NCBI GenBank assembly: GCA_040767545.1 | Contig: JAXGOK010000009.1 | Coordinates: 48,390-112,389, forward strand | DNA from: Aggregatilineaceae bacterium | Lineage (GTDB): Bacteria; Chloroflexota; Anaerolineae; Aggregatilineales; Aggregatilineaceae | DNA length: 64,000 nt | Direction of reading: 5' to 3' | Shown: positions 10,503-20,954 of the stretch, piece by piece | How the letters are laid out: every line of letters begins with the position of its first letter | How positions within the stretch are numbered: the stretch's first letter is position 1 | Translations under genes and position numbers: made by a program | The notes under the pieces: model-generated | The model's input: the letters and a program-made list of their open reading frames with translations, nothing else | Database searches by the model: none | What the model was told of the DNA's origin: nothing

Positions 10503-10581
10503 TGTCCTACACCTGTTCTCACCCATCCCCTAGACTCACCGGCAGCGCGGGCAGCGGCACGCCCGCAGATGGAGGATCACC

Positions 10582-12135
10582 ATGGCGCACGTCACACAGG
10601 CTCGCCGGTTAGGGCGCATCACTCTCGACGCCGATCGGCTCAGCGGCCAGTTTTTCGGCTGGGCGGCCCTGATCGCCACCGTGCGCATCTTCTGGGTGAT
10701 CGCCCACGTCGCCGGCTTGTTTGGCACGCCAGCGGATCCTATCTTCCAGACAGTGAGCGATCTGCTGGGCAGCTTCTTATGGGTCTACGCTGCGGCGGGG
10801 TTGGTTGGGCTGGCTGCTACCCTGTACAGCAGGGCGCGCAGCGAAGAGATCGTTTCTTCCACGCGACTGTTCATCAATTATCTGGGCGTTATTTTCTTCC
10901 TGGCCTTGTCGGCGCGCGTGGCTCACGTGGTCGAGGCCGACCCGGCGCGCTACCCGATCACGCTGTGGGGCCTGCAACTGGTCAACGGCCTGGTGCTGGG
11001 CGGCGTCTACGCCCTCGTTGCGCTGGGCTATACGCTGGTCTACGGCATCCTGTTCATGATCAACTTCGCGCATGGCGAAGTCCTGGTTATGGGCACGTTC
11101 GGCGGGTGGTTCGCCCTGACCTACGTGAATAACCTCGGCGGCGGTACATTCGAAGTGGGCGCGGCCAGCGTCGCGGCGGTGTTGCTTCCTCTGCTCTTCG
11201 CCGTGCTGTTCTTGCCGCTGGAGACTCTGGCGGCGCGCGCCGGGCGCAAGCATACCGCCCGCGCCGCTGAGCCAGACCCCACCTGGTTCCTCACCCTGTT
11301 CAGCCTGCCCATCCGCTTTCTAATCGGCGCGCTGGTCGGCTACGGGCTGCTGCAAGCCCTGGGCGGCTTCGCGCCGCACATCTACGAAGTGGTCACTACG
11401 GTGGTGGCGCTGCTGTTCGTGGTGGCGGTGGGCATGATCGTCTCCATGCTGGTGGCAGTGGGCCTGGAGCGCATCGCGTACCGCCCGCTGCGCACAGCAC
11501 CGCGCCTCATCCCGTTGATCAGCGCCATCGGTGCCTCGTTCTTCTTGCAGCAGGCCATGCTCAATGTCTTCGGCCCGGCCAAGCGAGCCTACAGCCGCCC
11601 GAAATTGATTGACGGCACCATTGACGTGCGCATTGGCAACCTGGGCACGATCCCTGTCACCAAGACGGGGATCATTGTCGTCGTTGTCTCTGTGGTGCTC
11701 ATGGTGCTGCTCTATACGTTTGTACAGCGATCCAAGACCGGGCGTGCCATGCGCGCGGTGGCCGAAGACAAGCCTACGTCGGCCTTGATGGGCGTGGATG
11801 TGAACCAGGTGATCGTTGTGACGTTCGCCATCGGCGCGCTGCTGGCGGGCGCGGCGGGCGTCATGATGGGCTTCCACAACCAGTCGTTCAACTTCCGGGC
11901 GGGCTTCATCCCCGGCCTGAAGGCTTTCACGGCGGCGGTGCTGGGCGGCATCGGCAACATCCCTGGCGCGATGTTCGGCGGGTTCTTCCTGGGGCTGGTC
12001 GAGGCGCTGGGGCCGACCATGCTCGGCATTAATGCCGAATACAAAGACGTGATCGCCTTCAGCTTGCTGGTGCTGGTGCTCGTCTTCCGGCCCACAGGCA
12101 TCTTCGGCGAAGTGCTGGCGGAAAAGAAGGTGTAG
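10582..12135 (+). CDS. livH: branched-chain amino acid ABC permease (LivH family) with about 130-aa N-terminal membrane extension
   Basis: The core from about residue 130 (LVNGLVLGGVYALVALGYTLVYGILFMINFAHGE) is canonical LivH. GGAGGA RBS at 10570. Confidence 0.85.
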   Translation: MAHVTQARRLGRITLDADRLSGQFFGWAALIATVRIFWVIAHVAGLFGTPADPIFQTVSDLLGSFLWVYAAAGLVGLAATLYSRARSEEIVSSTRLFINYLGVIFFLALSARVAHVVEADPARYPITLWGLQLVNGLVLGGVYALVALGYTLVYGILFMINFAHGEVLVMGTFGGWFALTYVNNLGGGTFEVGAASVAAVLLPLLFAVLFLPLETLAARAGRKHTARAAEPDPTWFLTLFSLPIRFLIGALVGYGLLQALGGFAPHIYEVVTTVVALLFVVAVGMIVSMLVAVGLERIAYRPLRTAPRLIPLISAIGASFFLQQAMLNVFGPAKRAYSRPKLIDGTIDVRIGNLGTIPVTKTGIIVVVVSVVLMVLLYTFVQRSKTGRAMRAVAEDKPTSALMGVDVNQVIVVTFAIGALLAGAAGVMMGFHNQSFNFRAGFIPGLKAFTAAVLGGIGNIPGAMFGGFFLGLVEALGPTMLGINAEYKDVIAFSLLVLVLVFRPTGIFGEVLAEKKV

Positions 12136-12138
12136 GCC

Positions 12139-14496
12139 ATGCTTCAAACACGCACCCGACAGCTCGTCGCCTCGCTGCGCGAAGGGATCAACTCCGGCTT
12201 TGTCGTCGGGCTGGTCATCAACTTCCTGATCTTGCTGGGCGTCCCCGTCAATCTGAGCAATATCGCGCTGCTGCTGATCTTGCTGGTCGCGGTGATCTTT
12301 GGGGTGCGCCTGGCGCGCCGCCTGCGCGGGCAAGGATTCGGCCATCTGCTGCGCAACACGCTGGCGATGGGCCTGGCTGCGGCGCTGCTCGTGTTCTTGC
12401 TCATGGCGCTCATCAACCGTTGGCAAGAGAGCGGAGTCAAGGTCAGCGACTATTTCTACTCGGTATCACCCCAGACGATGGTCGTGCTTTCCGGTGTGCC
12501 AGCGGACGAGCTATTCGCCAACCCCCCGCGCGACCCACTGACCGGTGCCTACCCGGAAGGCAAGGCGTTGCGCACCAACCCCATGCGCCTGACCTTCGAC
12601 ACTGATACGGGCCTGGAGCTGGTGGACATCACCCTGGGGATCGGTGGCTTCTATGGCTTCCTGATCGTGCTGATTGTCGCTGGTGTGCTGGGGGCGCTGC
12701 TGGCCTGGGCATTCACCCTGGCCCGGCTGGGACAGACCTGGAAGCGGGCGCGGGCCTACCTGGCGACCAGCCCGCAGGCGCATATCGGCGTGCTGCTGCT
12801 GCCGCTCATCTTCTTCGCGCTGCTGTGGCTGACCGTCGGTCATGGCACCTACAACGCTGCAACGGGAGCATATAGCACACTCAATCCGGTCATCAACCTG
12901 GGCGGGGGCGCGCAAGAGGCCCAACTGCTGATCGGCTTCGGCATCATCCTGTGGGGCCTGGTCGCCGTGCGCGCCGCGCAGCCTACCGATTCCGGCCTGA
13001 GCTACCGGGCGCGGCTGGCGCTGTGCCTGGGCGTCGTCGCTTTGATGATGGCGCTGGGTCTGTGGCGGATCATCGGCAGCCGGACTTACTTCCTGGCCAC
13101 ATCAAAGGCGCTGGGTGGCAGTGAGACGGCCAGCGTCTTGCTCACGCTGGCGGTTGGCGTGCTGCTGGCCGTGCAGAATATCCTGGGGCTGCGAAGGCCC
13201 GGTCGCTTCGAGACGCAGTTCGCCGGCACCGGCGCGATCCTGGCCGTGCTGCTCATGCCGCTCTACCTCAACCAGGGCCAGAACGACGTGATGACCATCG
13301 TGGGCATCAACGTCATGCTCGGCCTGGGGCTGAATATCGTGGTGGGCTACGCCGGTCTGCTTGACCTGGGCTATGTGGCCTTCTTCGCCCTCGGCGCGTA
13401 CTCATATGCCTTCCTCTCGTCTGACCAGTTGGAGCTTGGCGCAGACGGCAAGCCCGCCGGACTGAAATTTGCTGGCAACGACGAGATGGTGATCAAGCTG
13501 GCCGGGTGGGTGCCCGTCACGGTGATCGTCACCCTGATCGTCGCCTATGTGGGGATCAGGATTTGGCGGCGCCGCCCGCCAGCGGAACGCCGTCCCTGGG
13601 ATCACCAGCGCCCGCTTGTGACCTACTCCGGGCGTCCGGGGGGCGGCATGACCACGCTGATCACGGTGGCCGCCATCCTGCTCAGCGCGCTGGTGGCCTC
13701 GCTGCTTGAGCGCACCGGCGCTTACGGCTGGCTCTTTGACAACGCCTCGCCGTTCCTGGTGGGCATCATCGTCGGCACTATCGTATCGCTGCTGTCCGGC
13801 ATTGCGCTGGGCATCCCTGTCCTGCGGCTGCGCGGCGATTACCTGGCTATCGTGACGCTCGGCTTTGGGGAGATCATCCGCCTGCTGTTCACCAATCTGC
13901 GCGACTACACCGGCGGGCCGCAGGGCGTGCTGGAGATTCCCCGGCCCCTGCCGCAGGGCGCGACGGGCGGCGTGGGCTACCTGACGATGATCTATCTGGT
14001 GCTGATCGGGGTGGGGGTGGTTGCCTTCCTCTCGATGCGCCTCAAGCAGTCGCGCACGGGCCGCGCCTGGAGCGCGATGAAGAGCGACGAGTCCATCGCG
14101 CAATCTGTGGGCGTTCACCTGGTGCAGTCCAAGCTGACGGCGTTTGCCATCGGTGCGGCCTTCGCGGGCATCGGCGGCGTGCTGTTCGCCGCCCGCCAGC
14201 GTAACATCTACCCCAGCGACTTCCGGCTGGACGTGTCTATCGAGGTGCTCAGCCTGGTCATTATCGGCGGCATGGGCAGCGTGCCCGGCGTGATCATGGG
14301 GGCCATCGCCCTGATCGGTGTGCCGGAAGTGCTGCGCCAGCTTGAGACGTACCGCATCATGGTCTTCGGCGCGCTGCTGGTGACTATGGTCATCCTGCGG
14401 CCTGCGGGGCTGCTGCCAGCCCCTGTTACGCAGCTTCGCGAGCGCGCACACGCCCTGGCGCAAGGCCCCTACCGGCAAGAAGGAGGCGAGGCATGA
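12139..14496 (+). CDS. livM: branched-chain amino acid ABC permease (LivM family), greatly enlarged (785 aa)
   Basis: The canonical LivM core starts near residue 390 (GLNIVVGYAGLLDLGYVAFFALGAY). It is preceded by about 380 aa of extra transmembrane segments. Confidence 0.85.
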   Translation: MLQTRTRQLVASLREGINSGFVVGLVINFLILLGVPVNLSNIALLLILLVAVIFGVRLARRLRGQGFGHLLRNTLAMGLAAALLVFLLMALINRWQESGVKVSDYFYSVSPQTMVVLSGVPADELFANPPRDPLTGAYPEGKALRTNPMRLTFDTDTGLELVDITLGIGGFYGFLIVLIVAGVLGALLAWAFTLARLGQTWKRARAYLATSPQAHIGVLLLPLIFFALLWLTVGHGTYNAATGAYSTLNPVINLGGGAQEAQLLIGFGIILWGLVAVRAAQPTDSGLSYRARLALCLGVVALMMALGLWRIIGSRTYFLATSKALGGSETASVLLTLAVGVLLAVQNILGLRRPGRFETQFAGTGAILAVLLMPLYLNQGQNDVMTIVGINVMLGLGLNIVVGYAGLLDLGYVAFFALGAYSYAFLSSDQLELGADGKPAGLKFAGNDEMVIKLAGWVPVTVIVTLIVAYVGIRIWRRRPPAERRPWDHQRPLVTYSGRPGGGMTTLITVAAILLSALVASLLERTGAYGWLFDNASPFLVGIIVGTIVSLLSGIALGIPVLRLRGDYLAIVTLGFGEIIRLLFTNLRDYTGGPQGVLEIPRPLPQGATGGVGYLTMIYLVLIGVGVVAFLSMRLKQSRTGRAWSAMKSDESIAQSVGVHLVQSKLTAFAIGAAFAGIGGVLFAARQRNIYPSDFRLDVSIEVLSLVIIGGMGSVPGVIMGAIALIGVPEVLRQLETYRIMVFGALLVTMVILRPAGLLPAPVTQLRERAHALAQGPYRQEGGEA

Positions 14497-15308
14497 CGGA
14501 CCATGCGGGCGTCACGCCCGTTCTGCAGGCGACCGGCGTCACCAAGCGCTTCGGCGGCCTGGTGGCTGTGGGCGACCTGGACCTGACGATCATGCCCAAC
14601 CAGATCGCTAGCGTGATCGGCCCCAACGGTGCCGGTAAGACGACGTTCTTCAACTGCATCAGCGGCTTCTACACGCCCGAAGAGGGCGAGATGCGCTTCC
14701 TCGGCCATCCCATCCAGGGCTTGCGCCCAGACCAGGTGACGGCGCGCGGCATTGCCCGCACCTACCAGAACATTCACCTGTTCCAGGGCATGACCGTGCT
14801 TGAGAACGTGATGGCTGGTGTGCATCCCAGCCTGCGCAGCACGCCGCTGGGGGCGCTGCTGCGGCTGCCGCTCAACAACATCGAGGAAGATGCGACGCTG
14901 GCTCATGCCTATGGGCTGCTCGATTTCATGGGCCTGGCCGATGTGTCCGACGTGCTGGCGACGAATCTGCCCTACGGCAGCCAGCGCCGTCTGGAGATCG
15001 CCCGCGCCCTGGCCAGCGATCCCCGTCTGCTGCTGCTTGACGAGCCGACCGCCGGCATGAACCCGCAGGAGACCGAGGAGACGATGGGCTTCATCCGCCG
15101 CCTGCGCGACGAGCGCGACCTGACGGTGCTGCTGATCGAGCACGACATGCGCGTGGTGATGAATATCTCCGACCAGGTGACCGTGCTCGACTACGGGCGC
15201 AAAATCTCCGAGGGCACGCCGGACTACGTGCAGCGTGACCCGCTGGTGATCGAAGCCTACCTGGGCACCGCAGCCGACGAAGTGGACGTGAACCTGCTGG
15301 CGACGTAG
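14493..15308 (+). CDS. livG: branched-chain amino acid ABC transporter ATP-binding protein (LivG family)
   Basis: Walker A GPNGAGKTT, signature YGSQRRLEIARAL, Walker B LLLLDEPTAG. ATGA overlap with livM. Confidence 0.9.
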   Translation: MTDHAGVTPVLQATGVTKRFGGLVAVGDLDLTIMPNQIASVIGPNGAGKTTFFNCISGFYTPEEGEMRFLGHPIQGLRPDQVTARGIARTYQNIHLFQGMTVLENVMAGVHPSLRSTPLGALLRLPLNNIEEDATLAHAYGLLDFMGLADVSDVLATNLPYGSQRRLEIARALASDPRLLLLDEPTAGMNPQETEETMGFIRRLRDERDLTVLLIEHDMRVVMNISDQVTVLDYGRKISEGTPDYVQRDPLVIEAYLGTAADEVDVNLLAT

Positions 15309-15336
15309 CGATAGCTGCCCAAAGGAGCGCGCGATC

Positions 15337-16079
<743 letters not shown>

Positions 16080-16083
<4 letters not shown>

Positions 16084-16607
16084 AACGAGCGAGTGCAATC
16101 CTCCTGATCGCCCTGGTCGCGCTGCTCAGCGCCCTGCTGACGGCCTGCGGCAGCAGCCCGCGCGCCCGCGCCGATGATTTCGTCACCTATCTGCCAGCGG
16201 AAGTGGGCGACTGGGAGCGCAATGACAAGGAGACGGTCAAGCTGCTGGCGAGCACGGTAGCCAGCAAAGGCCATGTGACGATGGTCTACGAGGGCGCGGA
16301 CGACGCCCTGGCGTACATCGTCGTGGAGGCGCATCCCAGTGTGGACGCCGCCAAAGTCGCCCTTGTCACCCGCGAGCGCGAGCTACGGCTCGACGGCCTG
16401 ACGCTGGACAGAGACCGCGCGCCGCAAAAGGCGACGGCGACCGTCGGCCAGACGGCGCTGGTGCGCTACGCGCTGTTCCAGGAAGAGACCATCGTCGTCG
16501 AGATTGACGCCATCGCCGCCGCCGAGGACACGCCGGTGAGCGACGAGGCTTTCGACGAATTGCTGACGATGGTGCGCAACGCCTACGCCAAAGTCGCGGG
16601 CAAGTGA
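16080..16607 (+). CDS. hypothetical lipoprotein, translationally coupled to livF
   Basis: GTGA start/stop overlap with livF. Lipobox in MKRASAILLIALVALLSALLTAC-GSS. Confidence 0.6.
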
Positions 16608-16710
16608 GCGCGGGGCGGTCGCGCCCCTCTTGCATGATCATGCGCCGCCGGCCTCGGAGCCGGCGGTTTGCTCTTCCGGGGATGAAGTCCGTCCGGCGGC
16701 CCGGCCCGCA

Positions 16711-16842
16711 GGGGCGTATCGCGATACGCAAACCCGCTGATCCAGGCGTTCCCGTAGGGGAGGGTTTCAAACCCTCCCCTACAACGGCAGCGCCCGGCCA
16801 AGAACCAGACTCCCGAAGTCTTCGGAGACTTCGGAAGCCTCT
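16711..16842. repeat. mosaic of family-C hairpins and a family-D unit
   Basis: GGGGCGTATCGCGATACGC. A perfect hairpin GTAGGGGAGGGTTTCAAACCCTCCCCTAC at 16754-16782. CCCGAAGTCTTCGGAGACTTCGGAAGCC at 16809-16840. Confidence 0.7.
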
Positions 16843-16863
16843 TTCTGCGCGCGCCCCCCGCCC

Positions 16864-18290
16864 TCACGCCCAGCCGAGCAAGCGCGCGGCGGTCGCCAGG
16901 GTGAAGGTCACGGCGAAGCCCAGCACTACCGGCAGGATCGTCGCCACCGCCGTCCACTTGAGGCTGCGCGTCTCGTGGTAGATGGTCAGGATGGTCGTGC
17001 TGCACGGGTTGTGGATCAGGCTGAAGAGCATCAGGTTGATCGCCGTCAGCGTCGTCCAGCCGCCAGCGTGCAGAATATTGCGGATGGCATCCCCCGACTC
17101 CAGCTCGAACATGACTCCCGCGCCCTCGCCCACACCGGACAGCCGCGCCGTCAGCACGGTCAGCATGAGGATGGTGGGGATGATGATCTCGTTGGCGGGG
17201 ATGGCGACGATGTAGGCCACCAGGATCACGCCGTTCAGCCCCAGCAGCCAGCCGAAGCCATCCAGCAGGCTCACCAGGTGCTCGGCTACACTTCCCCCGC
17301 CGACGTGCACATTGGAGATCGTCCAGATGACCACGCCCGCCGGGACAGCCATCGTCACCGCGCGCCAGAGCACGATCAGCGTGCGATCAATGACCGATGT
17401 GTAGAGCGTCTGCCAGAGGCGCGGCGGGCGGTAGGGCGGCAATTCCAGGCTGAAGACGGACGCCTCGCCCTTGAGCATCGTCCGCGAGAGAAACCACGAC
17501 ACCGCAAACGTCAGCAGCACACCCAGCACGGCAATGCCCACCACCGCCGCCGCCGAGACCAGCCCGGCCAGCGCCGCCGCGGCCTGGCGCTGCCGATGAA
17601 GATCGTCGAGACCATGATCAGCGTCGGCCAGCGTCCGTTGCAGACGGCGAAGTTGTTGGTGATGATGGCGATCAGGCGCTCGCGCGGGCTGTCAATCACC
17701 CGCGTGGCAACCACGCCCGCCGCGTTGCAGCCGAAGCCCATCGTCATCGAGAGGGCCTGCTTGCCGTGCGCGCCCGCCCGGCTGAACAGACGATCCAGGT
17801 TGAAAGCCACGCGCGGCAGATAGCCGAAGTCTTCCAGCAGCGTGAACAGGGGGAAGAAGATGGCCATCGGCGGCAGCATGACGCTGACCACCCATGCTCC
17901 GGCCAGGTACGCCCCGTCAAACAGCACGCCGCTCAGCCACCAGGGGAAGCCAAGCGCGCTCGCCCCGTCTTGGCGGGCGGGGTGACCCGTGTCCAGCAGC
18001 AGTGTTGCCAGCAGGCCGGAAGGCACATTCGCGCCCTGGATGGTGATCCAGAACACGACCGTGAGCAGCAGGAGCATGACGGGGAAGCCCCACGTCCGGC
18101 TGGTCACCAGGCGGTCAATGGTCCGATCCAGGTCGAAGCGGGGGCGTTCGTCCGGGCGGGTTACGGCGCGGTCGGCCAGGCGAGCGGCGTCGGTGTAGAG
18201 CGCCTCGGCAAGCTGGTCGTGCATCCCCGCACCCACCTCCGCCCGCAGCGTACGCGCCGTCTGCAGGAGGTCGGTGGACGGGTCGGTCAT
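16864..18290 (-). pseudogene. feoB: FeoB membrane (permease) domain, interrupted by a 1-nt frameshift near 17575-17595
   Basis: ORF 17511..18290 ([30 protein letters not shown]...[18 protein letters not shown]) turns to nonsense (RPRRRWPGW...). The sense sequence continues in the -1 frame as [26 protein letters not shown]... (ORF 16864..17544). Confidence 0.7.
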
Positions 18291-19126
18291 GAGGTGGCCT
18301 CCACCAGGGCCAGCCGCTCGGCGACGGGAGCCGTTTGCAGCCCGCGCGACAGATCGCCCAGGCTGCCATCGCCGATGGCACTCTCAATTGAGGCGTCGCC
18401 GTCGAGCAGGCGCAGCGCCACCCAACGGGCATTGGGCAGCCCAGGGAAAGCCGCTTCAATGCGCGTGACGAGGTAGCTCACCGCGCGGTCGAGCACCGAG
18501 TCGCGAGTAGAGGCCAGGCGGTGCGGGCGCGGCTTGATCTCGCCGGTCGCCACGCCGTGCACCATCTGCAATAGCTCGGCGATGCCCTGGCCGCGCCGCG
18601 CGCTCATGGGCACGACGGGCACGCCCAGGTCGCGCGCCAGACGCCGCTCGTCCACCGCCAGCCGGTGACGCCGCGCCTCGTCCATCAGGTTGAGCGCCAC
18701 GACCACCTTGTCGGTGATCTCCAGCACTTGCAGGGCCAGGTTGAGGTTGCGCTCCAGGCGCGTGGCGTCCACGACGATCACCGTCACGTCCGGCTGGCCG
18801 AAGAGGATGAAGTCGCGGGCGATCTCCTCGTCGGCGCTGGACGCCAGCAGCGAATACGTGCCGGGCAGGTCTACGATCTTGTAACGCTTGTCGCCGTACT
18901 CAAAGCCGCCCTCGGCCCGCGCGACAGTCTTGCCGGGCCAGTTGCCCGTGTGCTGGCGCAGACCGGTCAGCGCGTTGAAAACGGTGCTCTTGCCCGTGTT
19001 GGGATTGCCCGCCAGGGCCACCACATAGTCCCAGGAGTCCATCTTGACGCCCAAACGCGCCAGGTGACGGTTCATGGGGCAGGTCGCGCAGGCGGAGCCG
19101 GGCAGGGTGTTGGTGGTCATTGTCAT
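18287..19126 (-). CDS. feoB: FeoB N-terminal GTPase (G + helical) domain as a separate ORF
   Basis: G1 [10 protein letters not shown]3 DLPGTYS, G4 ALNLMD. It ends in an ATGA overlap with the start of the membrane-domain ORF. Confidence 0.85.
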   Translation of the reverse strand: MTMTTNTLPGSACATCPMNRHLARLGVKMDSWDYVVALAGNPNTGKSTVFNALTGLRQHTGNWPGKTVARAEGGFEYGDKRYKIVDLPGTYSLLASSADEEIARDFILFGQPDVTVIVVDATRLERNLNLALQVLEITDKVVVALNLMDEARRHRLAVDERRLARDLGVPVVPMSARRGQGIAELLQMVHGVATGEIKPRPHRLASTRDSVLDRAVSYLVTRIEAAFPGLPNARWVALRLLDGDASIESAIGDGSLGDLSRGLQTAPVAERLALVEATS

Positions 19127-19407
19127 GAGAGTGTCTCCGGTGCAGGGCTGCGAATCTCAATGTGAACGGCCTGGCTCCGGCGCAGCGCGATCAGCGTGCC
19201 GCGCACCCGGTAAGCGACCGGGTCGTTGAGCGGGCTGCGCAGCTCGGCGGTGATGGCCGTGCCGGGCACAATGCCCAGGTCCATCAGCCGGCGGCGCTCG
19301 GCACCGTCGCTGTGCAGGGCGACGACCTCGGCGGTGTCGCCGGGCTGCAGGTCGGCCAGGGTGCGCTGGGCGGACTGCTCGTTGCCAGGATCAGTGTTCA
19401 GAGTCAT
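19123..19407 (-). CDS. feoA: FeoA family iron transport protein
   Basis: 94 aa. LADLQPGDTAEVVAL...RRLMDLGIVPGTAI...YRVRGTLIALRRSQA is a typical FeoA SH3-like domain. 4-nt overlap with feoB. Confidence 0.85.
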   Translation of the reverse strand: MTLNTDPGNEQSAQRTLADLQPGDTAEVVALHSDGAERRRLMDLGIVPGTAITAELRSPLNDPVAYRVRGTLIALRRSQAVHIEIRSPAPETLS

Positions 19408-19470
19408 GTGCCTATCTTCACAGAGATTTCAATGTCGAGAACGATGAAACCCTTACTGTCAGAGATTATA

Positions 19471-19487
19471 TTTTAGGTATACCAAAA
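19471..19487. promoter_or_regulatory. AT-rich near-palindrome, candidate metalloregulator operator
   Basis: TTTTA-GGTATACC-AAAA has a perfect 8-bp palindromic core. It lies 64-80 bp upstream of the feoA start, in the only AT-rich stretch of the divergent feoA/lysW-like promoter region. Confidence 0.3.
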
Positions 19488-19676
19488 TGTCAAGTCGCAG
19501 GGACGCAAAATAACCATCGGAGGGCAAAGCCTCTCTCTGGGGCACCGCTCCGCCACAACGCCGCCAATTCTCCCCGATTCCGGCAAAAGCCAGACGGGAA
19601 AATTGACACGCCGCCGGATTCGTGCTATATCGCTGCATAGTGTCTCATCCGCCTTTGCACACTGTTGAGCGGTAGA

Positions 19677-19928
19677 ATGAGGAACGATGAGTTTGACAGC
19701 AAAACCGGGGGTCAGCAGCGCAGCCCAAAGAGCAAGCTTCGCGCTCGCTGCCCGTCGTGCAATGCTTGGGTGCCGCTGCGAGACGAGGTCGAAGTGTGGG
19801 ACCTGGTGGACTGCCCCGAATGCAACACGCAGTTGGAGGTCGTTGATTTGCGCCCGCCCACGCTGGAACATGCTGGTGCAGGGCTGGAGGAGGAAGAGGA
19901 GTGGGACGAGGAGGAATGGGAGGAGTGA
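19677..19928 (+). CDS. lysW: LysW/ArgW-type amino-group carrier protein homologue (zinc ribbon with acidic C-terminal tail)
   Basis: CPSC...(17 aa)...CPEC zinc ribbon. LVDCPECNTQLEVVDLRPPTLEHA matches the LysW core. The tail EEEEEWDEEEWEE ends in Glu. The start is uncertain (TTG at 19665 or ATG at 19677). Confidence 0.65.
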   Translation: MRNDEFDSKTGGQQRSPKSKLRARCPSCNAWVPLRDEVEVWDLVDCPECNTQLEVVDLRPPTLEHAGAGLEEEEEWDEEEWEE

Positions 19929-19996
19929 CACGCCGGGGCTGCCCCTGACGATTCACGCCGACTACCCTCCGCTATCGTGACATAGTGTGCCACCAG

Positions 19997-20027
19997 TCCC
20001 CGCTCTGCACGGAGCGGGGGCTTTTTG
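19997..20027 (+). terminator. rho-independent terminator
   Basis: Stem CCCCGCTC, loop TGCACG, stem GAGCGGGG, followed by CTTTTTGTGG. It lies about 70 nt after the lysW-like stop. Confidence 0.7.
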
Positions 20028-20153
20028 TGGTGGAGTGGTGCCGGGCGGGGACGATCACCGTGCTGCCCTTGTGTCGCTGCCCCCACCTCGACGACGAAGC
20101 TCAGCGCGAGCGCTCGGTTTTGGCCGCCTTCGATAGGGGCAGGCCCGCCATCT

Positions 20154-20954
20154 TCACTCACCCAGACGACGCCCGGTCACTGATTCGAGCACGCTGCGGT
20201 CGTCCGCCGAGAGGTGCGGCACCGCATTCGGGTCCAACTGCGAGAAGACGCGGTGGGCGAATAGCTCCATCCACACGAACTGCCGCCCGATCTGCACCAT
20301 GTTGGCGTTGGTCGTCACCGTCGCCGTGTAGTTGAGACCCTGCTCGCTGGCGATGAGCACTTCTCCCTCATCCACCACGACGACCAGGCTATCGGCCAGC
20401 TTGTGTAGCTCGCTCTCGCGCGGGGGGTGGTAGGCGATATCCCCTACGGCGAGGCTGTCTTCGCCGGTGAGGAGGATGCCAATGGCTGCGCCACGCGAGT
20501 CGGCGGCGACGATGACCTCGCGCAGGCGGCGCAGGTGATCGTCGGCGAGCACCAGCATCACTTCGCGCTGGGCGTGGACGATCATGTGCTCAGCGTAGCT
20601 CAGCACGCGATCTTCACCGTCAAACGTCCACAAGTAGCCCTCGTCCTGCGCCAGGTAGAGCGTGTTGAGGTCGCGGCGTAGCTCGTCCAGCAGGCGGGCG
20701 TAGGAAGAGGTCAGCCGGTTGAGCAGCACATCGGGCGGCAGGGGCCGGTAGAGTGTGGCTTTCCGCGCTTCGGATTTGAGCACAGCGCCGCGCACGTCGA
20801 GCCGCCCCAGCGCCTCGTAGACCATCGAGCGCGGGATGCCAGCCTGCTTGCTGATCTGGTAACCGGTCGCCGGATACTCTTTGAGCAGGGCCAGGTACAC
20901 TTTGGCCTCGTACTCGGTGAAGCCGATGGCGCTCAGATTGCTCAGGATGTCCAT
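20154..20954 (-). CDS. TrmB family transcriptional regulator
   Basis: The N-terminal wHTH LSAIGFTEYEAKVYLALLKEYPATGYQISKQAGIPRSMVYEAL is the TrmB signature. 266 aa with a C-terminal effector domain. Confidence 0.85.
   Translation of the reverse strand: MDILSNLSAIGFTEYEAKVYLALLKEYPATGYQISKQAGIPRSMVYEALGRLDVRGAVLKSEARKATLYRPLPPDVLLNRLTSSYARLLDELRRDLNTLYLAQDEGYLWTFDGEDRVLSYAEHMIVHAQREVMLVLADDHLRRLREVIVAADSRGAAIGILLTGEDSLAVGDIAYHPPRESELHKLADSLVVVVDEGEVLIASEQGLNYTATVTTNANMVQIGRQFVWMELFAHRVFSQLDPNAVPHLSADDRSVLESVTGRRLGE

Noticed and set aside
18287-18290. Stop-codon read-through or selenocysteine at the TGA that separates the FeoB G-domain from the membrane domain.
   Set aside because: Continuing in frame past the TGA gives an Arg/Pro/Cys-rich nonsense sequence, whereas the sensible membrane-domain sequence is in the frame of the overlapping ATG.
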